DNA from: Bacteroidales bacterium
Lineage (GTDB): Bacteria > Bacteroidota > Bacteroidia > Bacteroidales > B18-G4
DNA length: 64,000 nucleotides
Assembly: GCA_032250805.1 (NCBI GenBank)
Contig: JAVVEM010000008.1
Location: forward strand, 25,774-89,773
Direction: 5' to 3'
Numbering within the stretch: the first letter of the stretch is position 1; each line of letters starts with the position of its first letter. Position numbers and translations under genes: made by a program. This document shows, one piece after another, positions 63,926-64,000 of this stretch. The notes under the pieces are model-generated. The model was not told the origin of the DNA. It did not search any database and worked only from the letters and a program-made list of their open reading frames with translations.

Positions 63926-64000
63926 TTGGTAACTCAGGTGCATGTTGCCTGTTATTCTTAAGCATTCAGGCTTGCTTCCCGCCATTCTGGCTAAAGATTC

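Noticed and set aside
1-64000. Mobile elements, prophage, genomic island boundaries and RNA genes.
   Set aside because: I found no integrase, transposase, tRNA, rRNA or phage-like genes and no long terminal inverted repeats. The only hint of past mobility is the GIY-YIG remnant, which is reported separately.

Overview
This 64-kb window looks like chromosome from an anaerobic Bacteroidota-type organism. That inference rests on two secreted proteins with Por/T9SS C-terminal sorting tails, several lipoprotein signal peptides, and gene families typical of that phylum. I call about 52 protein-coding genes. I saw no rRNA, tRNA, CRISPR array, transposase or integrase.

The main feature is a roughly 12-kb block of ten co-directional minus-strand genes (1-12081). 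Its order is: receiver protein, hydC (NuoE-like), hydB (NuoF-like), hydA ([FeFe]-hydrogenase catalytic subunit), a ferredoxin/H-cluster-domain protein fused to a histidine kinase, a stand-alone receiver, a receiver-histidine kinase hybrid, then hydG, hydE and hydF. I read this as an electron-bifurcating-type HydABC hydrogenase with its maturases, split by a candidate H2-sensing phosphorelay that has no DNA-binding output domain. It is the most interesting system in the window.

**Other content**
- Three further two-component modules.
- A Kef-type antiporter.
- An LVIVD-repeat T9SS cargo protein and a YVTN-propeller T9SS cargo protein.
- A 1555-aa secreted protein built from about 24 tandem TPR-like modules, containing a 289-bp perfect internal duplication.
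- Housekeeping genes sucC, dnaB and uvrA.
- An oxidative-stress cluster: flavin reductase-rubredoxin, rubrerythrin and glutathione peroxidase.
- PadR-PspC and DUF134-DUF5320 gene pairs.
- Two intergenic loci made of short word-like tandem repeats. One of these abuts a truncated GIY-YIG gene remnant.
- An orphan intrinsic terminator that may mark a small RNA.

**Limits**
- All family assignments come from reading motifs in the supplied translations and from memory of the families. No database search was run.
- Several ORF-track starts were trimmed to internal ATGs where a signal peptide or conserved N-terminus begins.
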